A stretch of DNA of 63,982 nucleotides, the filler included, from Chiloscyllium plagiosum (taxonomy: Eukaryota), in assembly GCF_004010195.1 (NCBI RefSeq). It is 5 parts of one record of this genome, joined end to end, with 100 filler letters (N's around TTAATTAATTAA, not from the genome) between each part and the next. Parts side by side here need not be neighbours in the genome. Positions count along the whole stretch, not along the records: positions 29,315 to 50,248 come from NC_057712.1; 4 more parts are not named here. One strand, given 5' to 3'. The translations under genes and the position numbers were made by a program. Shown here one piece after another: positions 37,879 through 50,348 of the stretch (position 1 is the first letter of the stretch; each line of letters opens with the position of its first letter). A model generated the notes under the pieces. It saw nothing but the letters and a program-made list of their open reading frames with translations. It was not told where the DNA came from and ran no database searches.

Positions 37879-38553
37879 TAACATATGCAATGAATAAAGG
37901 AGAGTCTGTAGATTTAATTTCAGAAGACATCTGACAAGGCACTACATCAAAAGTTGCTGTCAAAAATAAAAATAAATAAATGTTCATCACATTGAGGGTC
38001 ATATATCACATGGGTAAATCTGGTTGTTTCTTTATTCATTCAGTGAATAAGGCATCTCTGGTTGGATCAACATTTATTGTCCAGCCTTAGTTATCTTTGA
38101 GAAGCTGGTGTTGATTAAACAAATGCAGTTTATTTAAGGAGACCCACAATTCTTTTTGACAGAGAATTCCAGGAATATTTGTGATAGATTTCAAAGTCAG
38201 AATAGTGAGTAGCTTGGAAGGAAACTTGCAGGTTATGGTGCTCCCATGTATTTGCTGATGATTTCCTTCAAGACAGAAGTAGTTCTGAGTTTGACAGTGT
38301 TGTCTAATGAGCCTTGGTGGGGAAGGGGATGGATGTTTGTGAATACGGTAGTAGTCTGTTGAGTCTTTCATCTGTTTGAATACCATGATAGTTTCATTTC
38401 TTTCTGTGTAAATCACAAAACCTTTTTTTAAAAAGTTGCATTCTCAGGTTAGCTGTAACAATGGGTGATAGCGAGACAATATGTTGAAGGTTCTGGATTA
38501 GTGGTGCTGGAAGAGCACAGCAGTTCAGGCAGCATCCAAGAAGCTTTGAAATC

Positions 38554-38581
38554 GACGTTTCGGGCAAAAGCCCTTCATCAG
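38554..38581 (-). ncRNA. Minimal hammerhead ribozyme core (PLE), in the dnah8 sense strand
   Basis: Minus strand reads CTGATGA-A-GGGC-TTTT-GCCC-GAA-ACGT-C. Confidence 0.78.
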
Positions 38582-39232
38582 TAATAAAAGGTGTTAGGCC
38601 CCTGTGTTCTCTGTCTATGTCATGATGTTTAGATTGATTCTAATCTAAAAAGTGAGATAACAGAGTTTTACTTGAATTCATGCAGTTTTTGAGCTCATAG
38701 TTTTACATGAATTCTTGCAGTTTTTGAGCAAAGTACAATGTAACTCTGCAAGTACAAATTCACCCCACAAAATATATATGTGGGTTGGAGGGTTGTGAGA
38801 GTCTGTGAGAGAGAGTGTATGTGTGCGTGCATGAGTGTAGAGTGGTCTAAGTCTCTGAGAGGATGCCTGTGTGAGTGTGGGAGTGTGTGTGTCTGTAAGG
38901 GTGTGTGTGGATNNNNNNNNNNNNNNNNNNNNNNNNNNNNNNNNNNNNNNNNNNNNNNNNNNNNNNNNNNNNNNNNNNNNNNNNNNNNNNNNNNNNNNNN
39001 NNNNNNNNNNNNNNNNNNNNNNNNNNNNNNNNNNNNNNNNNNNNNNNNNNNNNNNNNNNNNNNNNNNNNNNNNNNNNNNNNNNNNNNNNNNNNNNNNNNN
39101 NNNNNNNNNNNNNNNNNNNNNNNNNNNNNNNNNNNNNNNNNNNNNNNNNNNNNNNNNNNNNNNNNNNNNNNNNNNNNNNNNNNNNTTTTTGCTATAAATT
39201 CTGTGTTTTAGGATTGTGTCCTCCACTATCAC

Positions 39233-39261
39233 CTGATGAAGGAGCGATGCTCCGAAAGCTA
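39233..39261 (+). ncRNA. Minimal hammerhead ribozyme core (AGCU-loop PLE family)
   Basis: cac-CTGATGA-A-GGAGC-GAT-GCTCC-GAA-AGCT-A-gtg: 3-bp stem I, 5-bp stem II and palindromic AGCT. Confidence 0.8.
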
Positions 39262-40316
39262 GTGTGCTTCCAATTAAACCTGTTGGACTATAACCTGGTG
39301 TTGTGTGATTTTTAACTTTGTACACCCCAGTTCAACACCGGCATCTCCAAATCATGTGCCACAATGGTCAGACTGATTCTAATCTTAAAGAGTGCATTAT
39401 CTGGGCTGACATGACACCAATTGCCAAAGTTCAATTGAGAATGTAACTTGTAAAAAAGTTTTGTGATTTACACATGAAAAATCTGAAACCAACATGGTCA
39501 TTCCAAAAGATGAGAGACTTAACAAACAATCCAGGTCTTTTTCAATATATAATTTCAGTTATATCACACTGTAAACTTTTGCTATAAATTCTGTGTCTTA
39601 TGATCTTATAATCCACAACCAACTGATGAAAGACCAGCGCTCCGAAAGCTAGTGCTTCCAATTAAACCTGTCGGAATAGAACCTGGTGTTGTGTGATTTT
39701 TAACTTTGTACACCCCAGTCCAACACCAGCATCTCCACATCATTACAAAGTTAGCTCAGTAAGTCAATATATTATGAAGTCATTCTGGCTCTCTGTTTCG
39801 TATAAAGTCAGGGCTTATCATTACTTAGTCATACATATTGTAATTTAGAGTTTCTCTCAACACTTATTAAGAAATATCAACAGTGCAGGAGATTTGGAGA
39901 CCACCTTGAGATTCCGCAAGGACTTTCAGCAACAGAGGGAACCAAAAAAAATCAAAAAAGGCACCAATCGCATCGGATTGAATACGTTTCTGTAAACATT
40001 ATTTTCATTCTGAATTTAATGTTTCTGTTTTTATCTATTTTATTTTATAATAATAACAGGATTTGATTTTTATTTCAAAGGCCCTGAAATGAACTGTCAC
40101 ACATCTATGCTGACATCTAGTTTTCTCTTCAACTTCCATCATTTACAACACGTTTCAAACTTTTTGAAAGAGTTTAATGGTAAAGCTGACTGATAAAGAG
40201 TTAAGATTGTGAATGTGAATGCCAGGGTTTATTCGATGTAATATTGAATATTTCATTATTACAGTAAAGAAAATCGGGATTCCGTTCTGATACATTTGCT
40301 CTTGGTCTATACATAC

Positions 40317-40424
40317 CTGCTTAGTGAGTTGTTCTTCACAGAGCTTGTAAAGTACGAAGAATTTCTGAGCCAGCAATACATTCTCCAAAAATCCGACACT
40401 GGCAAGCTTGACCCTTATAATGAT
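40317..40424 (-). CDS. DNAH8: Axonemal dynein heavy chain exon, end of AAA1 (IIIRVKLASVGFLENVLLAQKFFVLYKLCEEQLTKQ)
   Basis: 108 bp. Acceptor ttgcAG at 40425-40426 and donor GTatgt at 40311-40316, phase 0/0. The peptide matches the recalled DNAH5/8 segment preceding HYDFGLR. Confidence 0.92.
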
Positions 40425-40929
40425 CTGCAAAAATTAAAAATAAATGCTACATAAGAACTGTGCTTCATATTCAAATGGAGTAAAAATATGTAGATATATT
40501 TGAGGCTAACAATTGAGCAAACATACACACAAATCTGAATATCTGTTGAACTCATAATACAATAATGTAGAGCTGCATATAGGTAGGTTATGTAATTAAG
40601 ATCTCTAAATCTGAATCTGATGTTAAATTTGAGTCATCTGATTTTTTGAGAGAATATAGATATTTTGATGGCAAGCAGACTTCTACTGGGGATGATTACT
40701 TGGAAATCATTATGTGTTGCAAAGCTGCTCTCAAATGGTTTAGGCAGTTGAAGCAGGCTCAGTTATTTGCTCAATAATGTTCCCTTCAGCGTGCATGGTC
40801 ACTGCGGATTGTGGCAAACTATTCCCTACAGTTATTCTTGATGTGTATCTTACTTTTGACACTTTTGAACGCACCATCCTCAACTAGTGTGAATCTTGTA
40901 TCATCCAGCTCTTCAGAACTACAGTTAAA

Positions 40930-41595
40930 ATATGAGAGCATAAGAATATGAGAACCAGGAGCAGGAGTAGGCAGTCTGGCTCTTCAGCCTGCTCCGCCAT
41001 TCAATATGATCATGGACTATCTTTTTGTGGCCTCAGCTGCACTTACCTGCCCTCTCACCATCACCCTGTTCAAAAGAGCATCTCTCTTGGCTTTAGAATC
41101 CATTTACTGAGGAAGCCTCAACTACTTGACTGGGCAGGGAATTCCAGATTCATAACCCAATGGGTGAAAAGGTTCCTTCTCAATTTGATCATAAATCTGG
41201 ATTCCCTAATTTTGAGGCAATGCCCTCTTGTCCTCGTTTCACCTGCCAGTGGAAACATCCTCTCTACCTCTATTTTATCTATTCTATTCATTCTTCTGAA
41301 TTCCAATGAATATAATCCCAGTCTACTCAGTCTCTCCTCATAAGCCAACCTCTCAACTCTGGAATCAACCTTGTGAACCTCCTCTGCAACCCCTTCAGTG
41401 CCAGTATATCCTTTCTCAAGTAAGGAGACCAAAACTGTAAGCAGTAGTCCAGGTTTTGCCTCACCAGCACTCTATAGCTGCAACATAACCTCCCTACTTT
41501 TAAACTCAATCCCTTCAGGAATGGAGGACAACATTTCATTTGCCTTTTTAATTACCTGTTGCACCTATAGACCAAACGTCTGTGATTCATGCACT
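40930..41595 (-). mobile_element. CR1 3' fragment
   Basis: YRVLVRQNLDYCLQFWSPYLRKD; LAYEERLSRLGLYSLEFRR; TRGHCLKI. Confidence 0.85.
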
Positions 41596-42704
41596 TGCTT
41601 ATCTATTCAGTAATGGGTACAGAATCATTTGAAATTGTTGCTCTTCCTCCTCCTGCACAAAAGCTCTACTCTTGATCCTTGTCAAAATGCTCTTCCTCAG
41701 TGATATCATCTGAGAACATAACATCATGTTCTCCATCATGCTGTCTCCAAACAACCAATCTCAAACCCTTCACTGACACTGATTTGTCAAACTGCCTTAG
41801 GGGATGAGCAGAAATTCTTTCTAGTTCTGTATATAAAAAACGGAAATATTGCGTTTGGTACCAGCCATGAATTTCATTCCCGAGACGCTATCTCCACCTT
41901 GTTAACTTTATCGTGTGACATTGAACACATTCAGAGCAAGAGTATTGAGGTCTTCCAAAATCTGTGGGCACTGGAAGGCTGGAATGCATTAACTCAACCA
42001 GAAACTGCATTTCAGTTAAAGTTGCTTTGAACATTTGATTTTTGTTACAGTGCTCCTGTAAGAGACATTTATTTTTAAATTGGTTAATTTGATTTAATTG
42101 GCTTTATTTAATTATCAAAAGAGTATCAAAACATAGGAACATAGCAGTGCCCAGAGATGTATACCTGCAATGTTTCATTCTATTAATAAATGTATTCCAA
42201 GTAATGAGTGGCTCTGGTTTCTTCATAACCTACTAGTGATCTGGTATTGTGCAGAGTATATAAAAAATTAAGGACAGGAGTAGGCCGTTCAGCCCTTTAA
42301 GCCTATTCCACCATTCAATTAGATCATGGCTGATCTGTGTGCAAACTACATATAGTTGCTTTTAGCCCATAACCCTTAATAACTTTGCTTATAAAAATTC
42401 ATCTGCCACAGATTTCAAAATAACAACTGAGCTAGCATCAACTGCCATTTGTCAGAGAGATTGCAATCCTCTCCTACCCTTTGTGTGTAGAAGTGCTTCC
42501 TAACAACTGTTCTGAATGGTCTGGCCCTAAGTTTTAGACTTTGCTCACCTCATTCCAGAATCGCCAACCAGTAGAAATAGTTTATCTTTATCAACCCTGT
42601 CCTTTCCTGTTAAAATCTTGAAAACTTTGATCAGATATCCCTTGATCTTCTAAATTCTCAACCAGAGAAGAAAAGCCTAATTTGTACAATATCTCATCAG
42701 AACT

Positions 42705-43285
42705 CACTTAAAACATTTTAGAAGGTAGCTCACACTGTAACATTTTAGGCAGATGTCAAGTCGATATTCCAGGAGTGATGCAGCTGATCAAACCACTCAG
42801 ATATAAACAAAGCAGAATTTATTTAAACATACAGATGAAACAAGAACAAAAAAAAAGAACAGAATTTAGAATAACGTAACTTATTTGATAACCCAACCGA
42901 CTCTGTTGCAACTTAGCGATAGTACTGTTCCAATCCCTGCAACATCCCACAAACACACACCTTGGCAAACAGTAGATTCAAACACAGGTTCTTACATGCA
43001 GGAGTGATTTCAGAGAGATTTCAGAGGCAAGACCTTTGTTGAAGCATGGAACCTATTTTCATTATAGCTGCTTCTCTAGGTCCCCAGCAGTTTGTTTATT
43101 TTTGACTCCCTGCTAAAAAAAACTAAACTAAACCAGAAAAGAAAACCTGAACTGGGAGATCTGGCACTCCCCTGCTACTGTTTCCAAGCAGTCATTTCCA
43201 GACATACCAGAACCTCTGCCTTTACAGGCCCATTTTGAAAAAGACAAGGACAACATAATCCTGTTAAAGGGGCAGCATCATCACA
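42705..43285. mobile_element. Probable solo LTR inserted in an old CR1 tail
   Basis: Ends ...CATCATCACA, is flanked by AACT (42701-42704 and 43286-43289), and is related to 15290-15760. Confidence 0.5.
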
Positions 43286-46200
43286 AACTTAACCGCTGAA
43301 GTCCAGGTATCATATCATAGCAGCAGAGATTGATCTCATAAAGTTGAAGTTTCAAGATTAAGCATTTTTTTTCAAATAGAAAATTACAATCCTGGTGGCT
43401 GTAACAGAAAACAGCAAAAAAACCATATGGTAAATTATTACTGTATGATTACCTGTCAATATTTTTAGAGTCTGGTATTGTTACTTGCAAAGCAAATTAC
43501 TCCACAGAGGCCAGTATCCCATCACCAAGTCATCCTTCATTTACACATGGAGAACGTTTGACACTCAGATTGCACAGGATGTCTGACACACCTGTGCTTA
43601 TCTGTCATCCAGGGTTCCCTGATTGGACCAGATTAACAGCCCCAATCAGGAAACTCATTGTGTATGATGTTCACTTGCTGACCTTGCGATAATAATGACA
43701 TCCCTCACCATCTGAGTCTGAGGATGCAGGCTAGATTTTTTTTTGTAGCTTCTCCTGGGACATTTTCTGATGAAGGGCACATGCACAAAATGTCGATTCT
43801 CCTGCTCTTTGGATGCTGCCTGACCTGCTGTGCTTTTTCCAGCACGACTCAGACTCTTCAGCATCTGCAGTCCTCACTTTGTCCTGGTCTAGCACCAGGT
43901 CAGGTTCTTCCAACTCTGACTCTGGTAATGGTGGCATATAATATGCAGTAGCTGGCCTCTTGCACCTGGAGCGTCTCAGAAGAAATTCATTCTCTTTTTC
44001 AGGCGGCAATAGCATTAAGGCAGCGATATCTGCCATGTCCATCTCAGAATCCAAGGTAACGCTTTATAAAGAGGGAGAATCATAGGCTTTCTAACAGTTA
44101 GAAAGGCTGTTGAAGAACTGGGTATGTTTCTCTCCCACACCATTTGAGAGTTTGCAGCTTTCATATGGTCCACATGCTTGCTCAGCACTGTTGCACCTTC
44201 CTGAATTTTATACATCACTCAACGTGACCTCACATTGACTATGCCTCTTACCTATGCAGACCATTCACGGGGTTCCTACACAAACTTTGCTCCCTGAAGT
44301 AAACTGTGTCTCTCACTTAACAGAGTCTTCTGACTGACACTGAGGTTCCTGATGCCATGACACCCTCCCTGTTAGGTCTGTAAAGATCAGATATAACCTG
44401 GTGAGGAGCCTTTGTTGCATTAGTAATTTTTCTTGAGCGATCCCGTAGTTGCATGAGAAGTGGTCCTATAATCAAATAGGAACTAGGATAATCTGCTGTC
44501 CAGTGAAGCTGTAGGCTGTCTCTTTAAACTTGCTTCAAAGTCTGGATTGCTCTTTCTGCCACACCATTAGATGATGGATGGTATAGAGCTGTGCTTATAT
44601 GTCAAATGCCATTCAACTTTAGGAAATACTCAAATTCTCTGCTGTAAACGTTGGCCTGTTGTCTGTGACCTACACTTTTGGGAGTCTGTGTATTGTAACA
44701 GATGTGTGTAGTTTTTCTATCGTTTTCCCAGTGTTTGACAAATGAACTCAGTGCATGAGCAGCCACTTTGACTGGTCTCCACAATGATTAAGAACATTGA
44801 GTGCATGAAAGGATCTACATAGTTGACGTGTTACCGAGTCCATGGTTTACCTGATCATTCCTATGCATTTGGGGGAGCTACTGACATTAATTTTTGTTAG
44901 CACTCAAGACACTACCCCACCAATGCAGCTATGTCTGCATCCAATCCTGGCCACCAGACTTAAATTCTTGCCAACACCTTCATTTTGGAAACCCTGGATG
45001 ACCCTAATGTAGTTCAGCCAGTATCTTTTTCTGGGACAAGCACTTTTGCTTCCCATAATGATATGCCATCCTCTCCTGGGATCTGGTCTCAGCCGGTGCA
45101 AAAAGGTTTAAATTGTGGTTGTGATGGCCTTTGGTTTTCCTCATTACTATCAGTTGTTTCAGTCTTCCCAGGACTGGATCTTTCTGTGTCCGAAGTCTGA
45201 CATTATCAGCTGTGACTGGAAGTGTGACCAGCAAATTTAAAACCATTAAGGAATCTTCCTGTGGCGGTACCACCTGTGGTGTATCTGCCAGTGGGAGTCG
45301 GCTCAATGCATCTGCATTTGCTACTTAACCTCCCTGATGGTGTTCCAATTTGTAATTGTACACACTTAGTATTAGAATCTACCACTGAATTCAGCCCGAA
45401 GCTTTGGACAACAGTGCCTTGTCCTCTTTAATTAGACCGAGCAGGTGTTTGTGGTCCATTATTACAAATTTACACCTGCAAAGGTTTTGGTGAAACTTCC
45501 TGATTCCCATTCGCTATCTAGTCCCAGATGAATATGCCATTGGGTTCTCCTCTCCACTGGGCCACCTATGAGCTAATACTACCCCGATGCTGTTAGAGAG
45601 AGGCATTGCATGTCAATACCAGATCTCACTTGGGATCATAGTATGCCAGCACTTTAGAGAACGATAGCTTTTTCTTCACTTTCCTGAAACTTATGGCTTG
45701 GCTATGCAACCATTTCCAAGGCTGGCCCCTTTTTAAGAATTGATGCAAAGGTGCCAGGATAAAGGCCATGTTATGTATGAACTTTCTGTAATAATGCAAT
45801 GGCCCAAGGAAAGACTTAAGTTCTGATACATACTTGGGAACCAGGCACTTTTGATTACCCTTACTTTATTTTTCAACAGGCCTTGTTGCCAGGTCTCGTT
45901 GGCTCCGTAACACAAGTAGGTCACTTGGGGTGCCTGAAACTCACATTTATCCCTTCTAAGGCGTATGTCTGCCTGGGAGAAATGTTGAAGGACTATGTCC
46001 AAGTTCTCTAAGTGATCCTTAATGGTCTTCCCTGTTATGGGAATTTCATCTAGATAAATGGCGACCTGGGGTTGACCTTGTTTGCCATCATCAAATGAAA
46101 AATTGCATAGGCTGACAGTACCCCAAATGACAGTCTCATATGTTGGTAGAGAGCTTTATAGATATTAATTGTGGCATACTTTTGGCAATCTCCATCTAAC

Positions 46201-46744
46201 CACAATTGTGAGTAGTCATGGCTCACGTCCAGGTTCATGAAGGACAAGTCCCCCTGCCGGCTTTGTATGTAAATCCTCTCGGTGAGGGATTGGGTATTTA
46301 TCGAGCTGGGAAAAGCCGTTTACTGTTTGTTTAAAATCCTCAAAAAGGCGAACCAACCTATCAGGCTTCATAATAGGTACAACTAGTGCTTCCCATTTCA
46401 TGATTCCTTTGCTACCCAGCCTCCTCATTTCTACCTCTACTTTTGCCCATAAGGCAAATGGCACTGGGTTGGCCTTGCAGAATCATGCAGTTGATTCCTA
46501 GTCAACATGCAAGGTGCCCTTAGCTACTTTGATAGTCCCAAGACTTCCCTGAAAAACTTCCAGGTATTTAATTAGGACTTAATTCAGGCAGCCATTTTCT
46601 AATTGAAAACTGTTGAGCCAATCTAGGTGAATCTTTCTCAACCAATATCCCCCATCGAACTTGAGACCGGACCTTTTACGACAATTGGTGTCAACTGAAC
46701 ATAGAACATAGAACATAGAACAATAAAGCACAGAACACGACGTT

Positions 46745-47113
46745 GTGATGCATTTTTTAAATGATTTGACTTATTATTGTCACATGTACCTAGGTACTGT
46801 GAAAATGTTTGTTTTTGCGAACAGTATAGGTGGATCATATCATACAAATATTGTAGGGTGATAGAACAGAGCGAGAAATAAAAAGTGAAAACAAAAAATA
46901 CTGGAAATCACAGTGGATCAGGCAGCATCTGTACCTGAAGTCTAGCAACAGCAGGGAAGAAGCTTTTCTTGAACCTGTTGATAAGTGTATTTAACGTTCT
47001 TACGTTCTGCCTGGAAAAGGTTGGAAGAGTTTATTATCAGGGTGAGAGGGATCTTTGATGCTGTCGCCTGCCTTTCTGAGGCAGAGAGAAGTAGATGCAG
47101 GTTGGCTTCTAGA
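46745..47113 (-). repeat. About 370-bp direct repeat of 49425-49795 (Rex1/Babar-like tail-containing segment)
   Basis: Near-identical, with only a handful of differences. Contains KSFFPAVARL-type coding and a TACATGTGACAATAATAAGTCAAATC tail on the minus strand. Confidence 0.9.
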
Positions 47114-49152
47114 ACTAGAACATAGAACAATACAGCGCAGAACACGATGTTGCGCCGACCTATGAAATAATCAAAGCCCATCCCCCTACACTATCCCATC
47201 ATCATCCATGTGCTTATCCAAGGATTGTTTAAATATCTCTAATGTGGCTGAGTTAACTACATTGGCAGGCAGAGCATTCCATGCCCTTACCACTCTCTGA
47301 GTAAAGAACCCTGCCTCTGACATCTGCGTTATATCTATCACCCCTCAATTTGTAGCTATGTCCTCTCGTACAATCCGATGTCACCATCCTAGGAAAAAAG
47401 ACTTTCACTGTCTACCCTATCTAATCCTCTGATCATCTTGTATGTCTCTATCAAATCCTTGCTTAGCTTTACTCTTTCCAATGAGAACAGACCCAAGTCT
47501 CTCAGCTTTTCCTCAGAAGACCTCCCCTCCAGTCCAGGCAACATCCTGGTAAATGTCCTCTGCACCTCTTTCAAAGCTTCCACTGCCTTCCTGTAATGGG
47601 GCGACCAGAATTGTACACAATATTCCAAGTGCGGTCGCACTAGCGCTTTGTATAGTTGCAACATGACATTACAGCTCTGAAACTCAATGCCTCTACCAAT
47701 AAAACCGAACACACCGTATGCCTTCTTAATAGCACTAACAATTGGGTGGTAACTTTCAGGGATCTATGTACATGGACTCCAAAATCCCACAGCACACCCA
47801 CACTACCAAGAATCTTTTCATTGATGCAATATTCTGCTTTCCTGTTATTCTTCCCAAAGTGAATCACCTCACATTTATCTGCATTGAACTCCATTTGTCA
47901 ACTCTCAGCCCAATTCTGCAGTTTATCCAAGTCCCCCTGCAACCTGTAACATTCTTCCACACTGTCCACTACTCTACCAACTTTAGTGCCATTTGCAAAC
48001 TTACTAACCCATCCACTTATGCCTGTGTCTAAGTCATTTATAAAAATGATAAACAGCAGTGGTCCCAAAATAGATCTTTGTGGCACACCACTCGTAACCA
48101 AACTCCAGGCTGAATATTTTCCATCAATCACCACTCACTGCCTTCTTACAGAAAGCCAGTTTCTAATCCAAACTGCTAAATCATCCTCAATCCCATGCTT
48201 CTGCATTTTCACCAGTAGCCTACTATGTGGAACCTTATCAAAGGCCGTAACTGAAGTCCATGTACACCATATCAACTGCCCTACCCTCATCCACATGCTT
48301 GGTCACCTTCTCAAAAAAACTCAATTGTGGGATATAACCTGCCTTTAACGAAACCATGTTGACTATCTGCAATCAAATCGTTGCTTGTCAGATGATTATA
48401 AATTCTATCTCTTATAATCCTTTCCAAAACTTTTCCTACAACAGATGTAAGGCTCACTGGTCATCTCTACGGCCCTTCTAGAACAAGGGCACAACATTTG
48501 CAATCCTCCAGTCCTCTGGTACTAAACCTGTAGACGATGATGGCTCAAAGATCAAAGCCAAAGGCTCCAAAAACTCCTCCCTACCTTCCCAGAGGATCCT
48601 CGGGTAAATCCCAACCGGCCCAGGGGATTTGTCTACTTTCACTCCTTTTAGAATTGATAACCCCTCTTCCTTACTAACCTCAATCCTTTCTAGTCTAATA
48701 TCTCATATCTCACTCTTTTCGTCTACAATATTCTGCTTTTCCTGAGTGAAAACTGATGAGAAATATTCGTTTAGCACCTCTCTGATCTCCAGAGGGCCCA
48801 CACTCAACTTTCCACTTCTGTCTTTGACTGGCCTTATTTCTACCCGAGCTGAAAATGTGTTGCTGGAAAAGTGCAGCAGGTCAGGCAGCATCCAAGGAAC
48901 AGGAGAATCGACGTTTCGGGCATAAGCCCTTCTTCAGGAATCTTTGGGCTTATGCCCGAAACGTCGATTCTCCTGTTCCTTGGATGCTGCCTGACATGCT
49001 GCGCTTTTCCAGCAACACATTTTCAGCTCTGATCTCCAGCATCTGCAGCCCTCACTTTCTCCTCGAAGATTTATTTCTACCCTAGTCATCCTTTTATTCC
49101 TCACATACCTGTAGAAAGCTTTAGGGTTCTCCTTTATTCTACCTGCAAAGAA
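47111..49152 (-). mobile_element. CR1 LINE, 3' ~2 kb
   Basis: SGVPQRSILGPLLFIIFINDLD, LYKALVRPHLEYCVQFWSP and IKENPKAFYRYVRNKR. Confidence 0.93.
48846..49070 (+). mobile_element. Miniature foldback PLE insertion with 12-bp TSD
   Basis: 84-bp inverted arms (48846-48929 / 48946-49029). TTATTTCTACCC at 48834-48845 and 49071-49082. Intact hammerhead core at 48910-48937 (-). Confidence 0.9.
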
Positions 49153-49790
49153 CCAGCTGCTTCTCATAAGTGACCAAAACCAAAGGTGTACTCTAAATTA
49201 GCAATGGTTCCTCAGTATAGGTTCTCTGTTGAAGTAAAATCTTGCGCAAACATATGGGTTGGAAAGCAGAGTGAATTTTGATAAAGACTGATTCTGTGTT
49301 CACTGAAATGGCCCTGCTGATATCAATCTCCCAAAGAAACGGGTGACTATTTAACAAGATGTTTATTTTTATTGGTTCTGATTTGGATGTTGATGAGCAA
49401 TTTAACTTTTCCAAATCAGATGTAGTGATGCATTTTTTAAATGATTTGACTTATTATTGTCACATGTACCTAAGTACTGTGAAAATGTTTGTTTTTGCGA
49501 ACAGTATAGGTGGATCATATCATACAAAGATTGTAGGGTGATAGAACAGAGCGAGAAATAAAAAGTGAAAACAAAAAATACTGGAAATCACAGTGGATCA
49601 GGCAGCATCTGCACCTGAAGTCTAGCAACAGCAGGGAAGAAGCTTTTCTTGAACCTGTTGATAAGTGTATTTAACGTTCTTACGTTCTGCCTGGAAAAGG
49701 TTGGAAGAGTTTATTATCAGGGTGAGAGGGATCTTTGATGATGTCGCCTGCCTTTCTGAGGCAGAGAGAAGTGTAGATGCAGGTTGGCTT

Positions 49791-50248
49791 CTAGAACATA
49801 GAACATAGAACAGTACAGCACAGAATAGGCCCTTCAGCTCACGATGTTGTGCCGACCATTGATCCTCATGTATGCACCCTCACATTTCTGTGACCATATG
49901 CATGTCCAGCAGTCTGTTAAATGTCCCCAGTGACCTTGTTTCCACAATTGCTGCTGGCAACGCATTCCATGCTCTCACAACTCTCTGTGTAAAGAACCCG
50001 CCTCTGACATCCCCTCTATGCTTTCCTCCAACCAGCTTAAAACTATGACCCCTTGTGTTAGCCATTTCTGCCCTGGGAAATAGTCTCTGGCTATCGACTC
50101 TATCTATGCCTCTCATTATTTTGTATACCTCAATTAGGTCCCCTCTCCTCCTCCTTTTCTCCAATGAAAAAAGTCCGAGCTCAGTCAACCTCTCTTCATA
50201 AGATAAGCCCTCCAGCCCAGGCAGCATCCTGGTAAACCTCCTCTGAAC
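49791..50248 (-). mobile_element. Young CR1 3' end, cut by the linker
   Basis: Open ORF 49880-50227 (LSYEERLTELGLFSLEKRR...TRGHSFKL) and a TAGAACA tail. Confidence 0.92.
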
Positions 50249-50348
50249 NNNNNNNNNNNNNNNNNNNNNNNNNNNNNNNNNNNNNNNNNNNNTTAATTAA
50301 TTAANNNNNNNNNNNNNNNNNNNNNNNNNNNNNNNNNNNNNNNNNNNN
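50249..50348. other. Artificial contig-join linker
   Basis: N44-TTAATTAATTAA-N44. Confidence 0.97.

Larger units (their letters stand above)
38415..39745. mobile_element. Cluster of PLE 3' ends: inverted plus direct copies, a second tandem copy, and a nested insert at 38490-38590
   Basis: 38415-38910 is the reverse complement of 27727-28350-type sequence. Terminal repeats end CAACACC.GCATCTCCA.ATCAT at about 39354 and 39743. Confidence 0.85.
43479..49430 (-). mobile_element. Decayed Ty3/Gypsy LTR retrotransposon (PR-RT-RH-IN plus 3' LTR), split by later insertions at 46697-49152
   Basis: LTR 43479-43700 (TGT...ACA) with an adjacent purine tract (43701-43709, minus GGTGAGGGA). Integrase ALYHPSSNGVAERAIQTLKQ at about 44530-44590. 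NADALSRLP at about 45300. RT LDKYPIP and YLD at about 46050-46310. Protease-like segment at 49193-49414. Confidence 0.85.

Noticed and set aside
41620..41900. Possible ancient L2-type RT remnant
   Set aside because: Only faint motif resemblance; too decayed to call without an alignment.
48846..49029. Foldbacks as DNA-transposon MITEs or pre-miRNA genes
   Set aside because: The arms are PLE terminal-repeat sequence, asymmetric with a one-sided tail, and flanked by 12-15 bp TSDs.
40425..50248. The dynein exon expected just before IIIRVKLAS (ending ...MMVPDRQ)
   Set aside because: Not found by eye in this contig. The donor-like site near 43450 does not translate to dynein.
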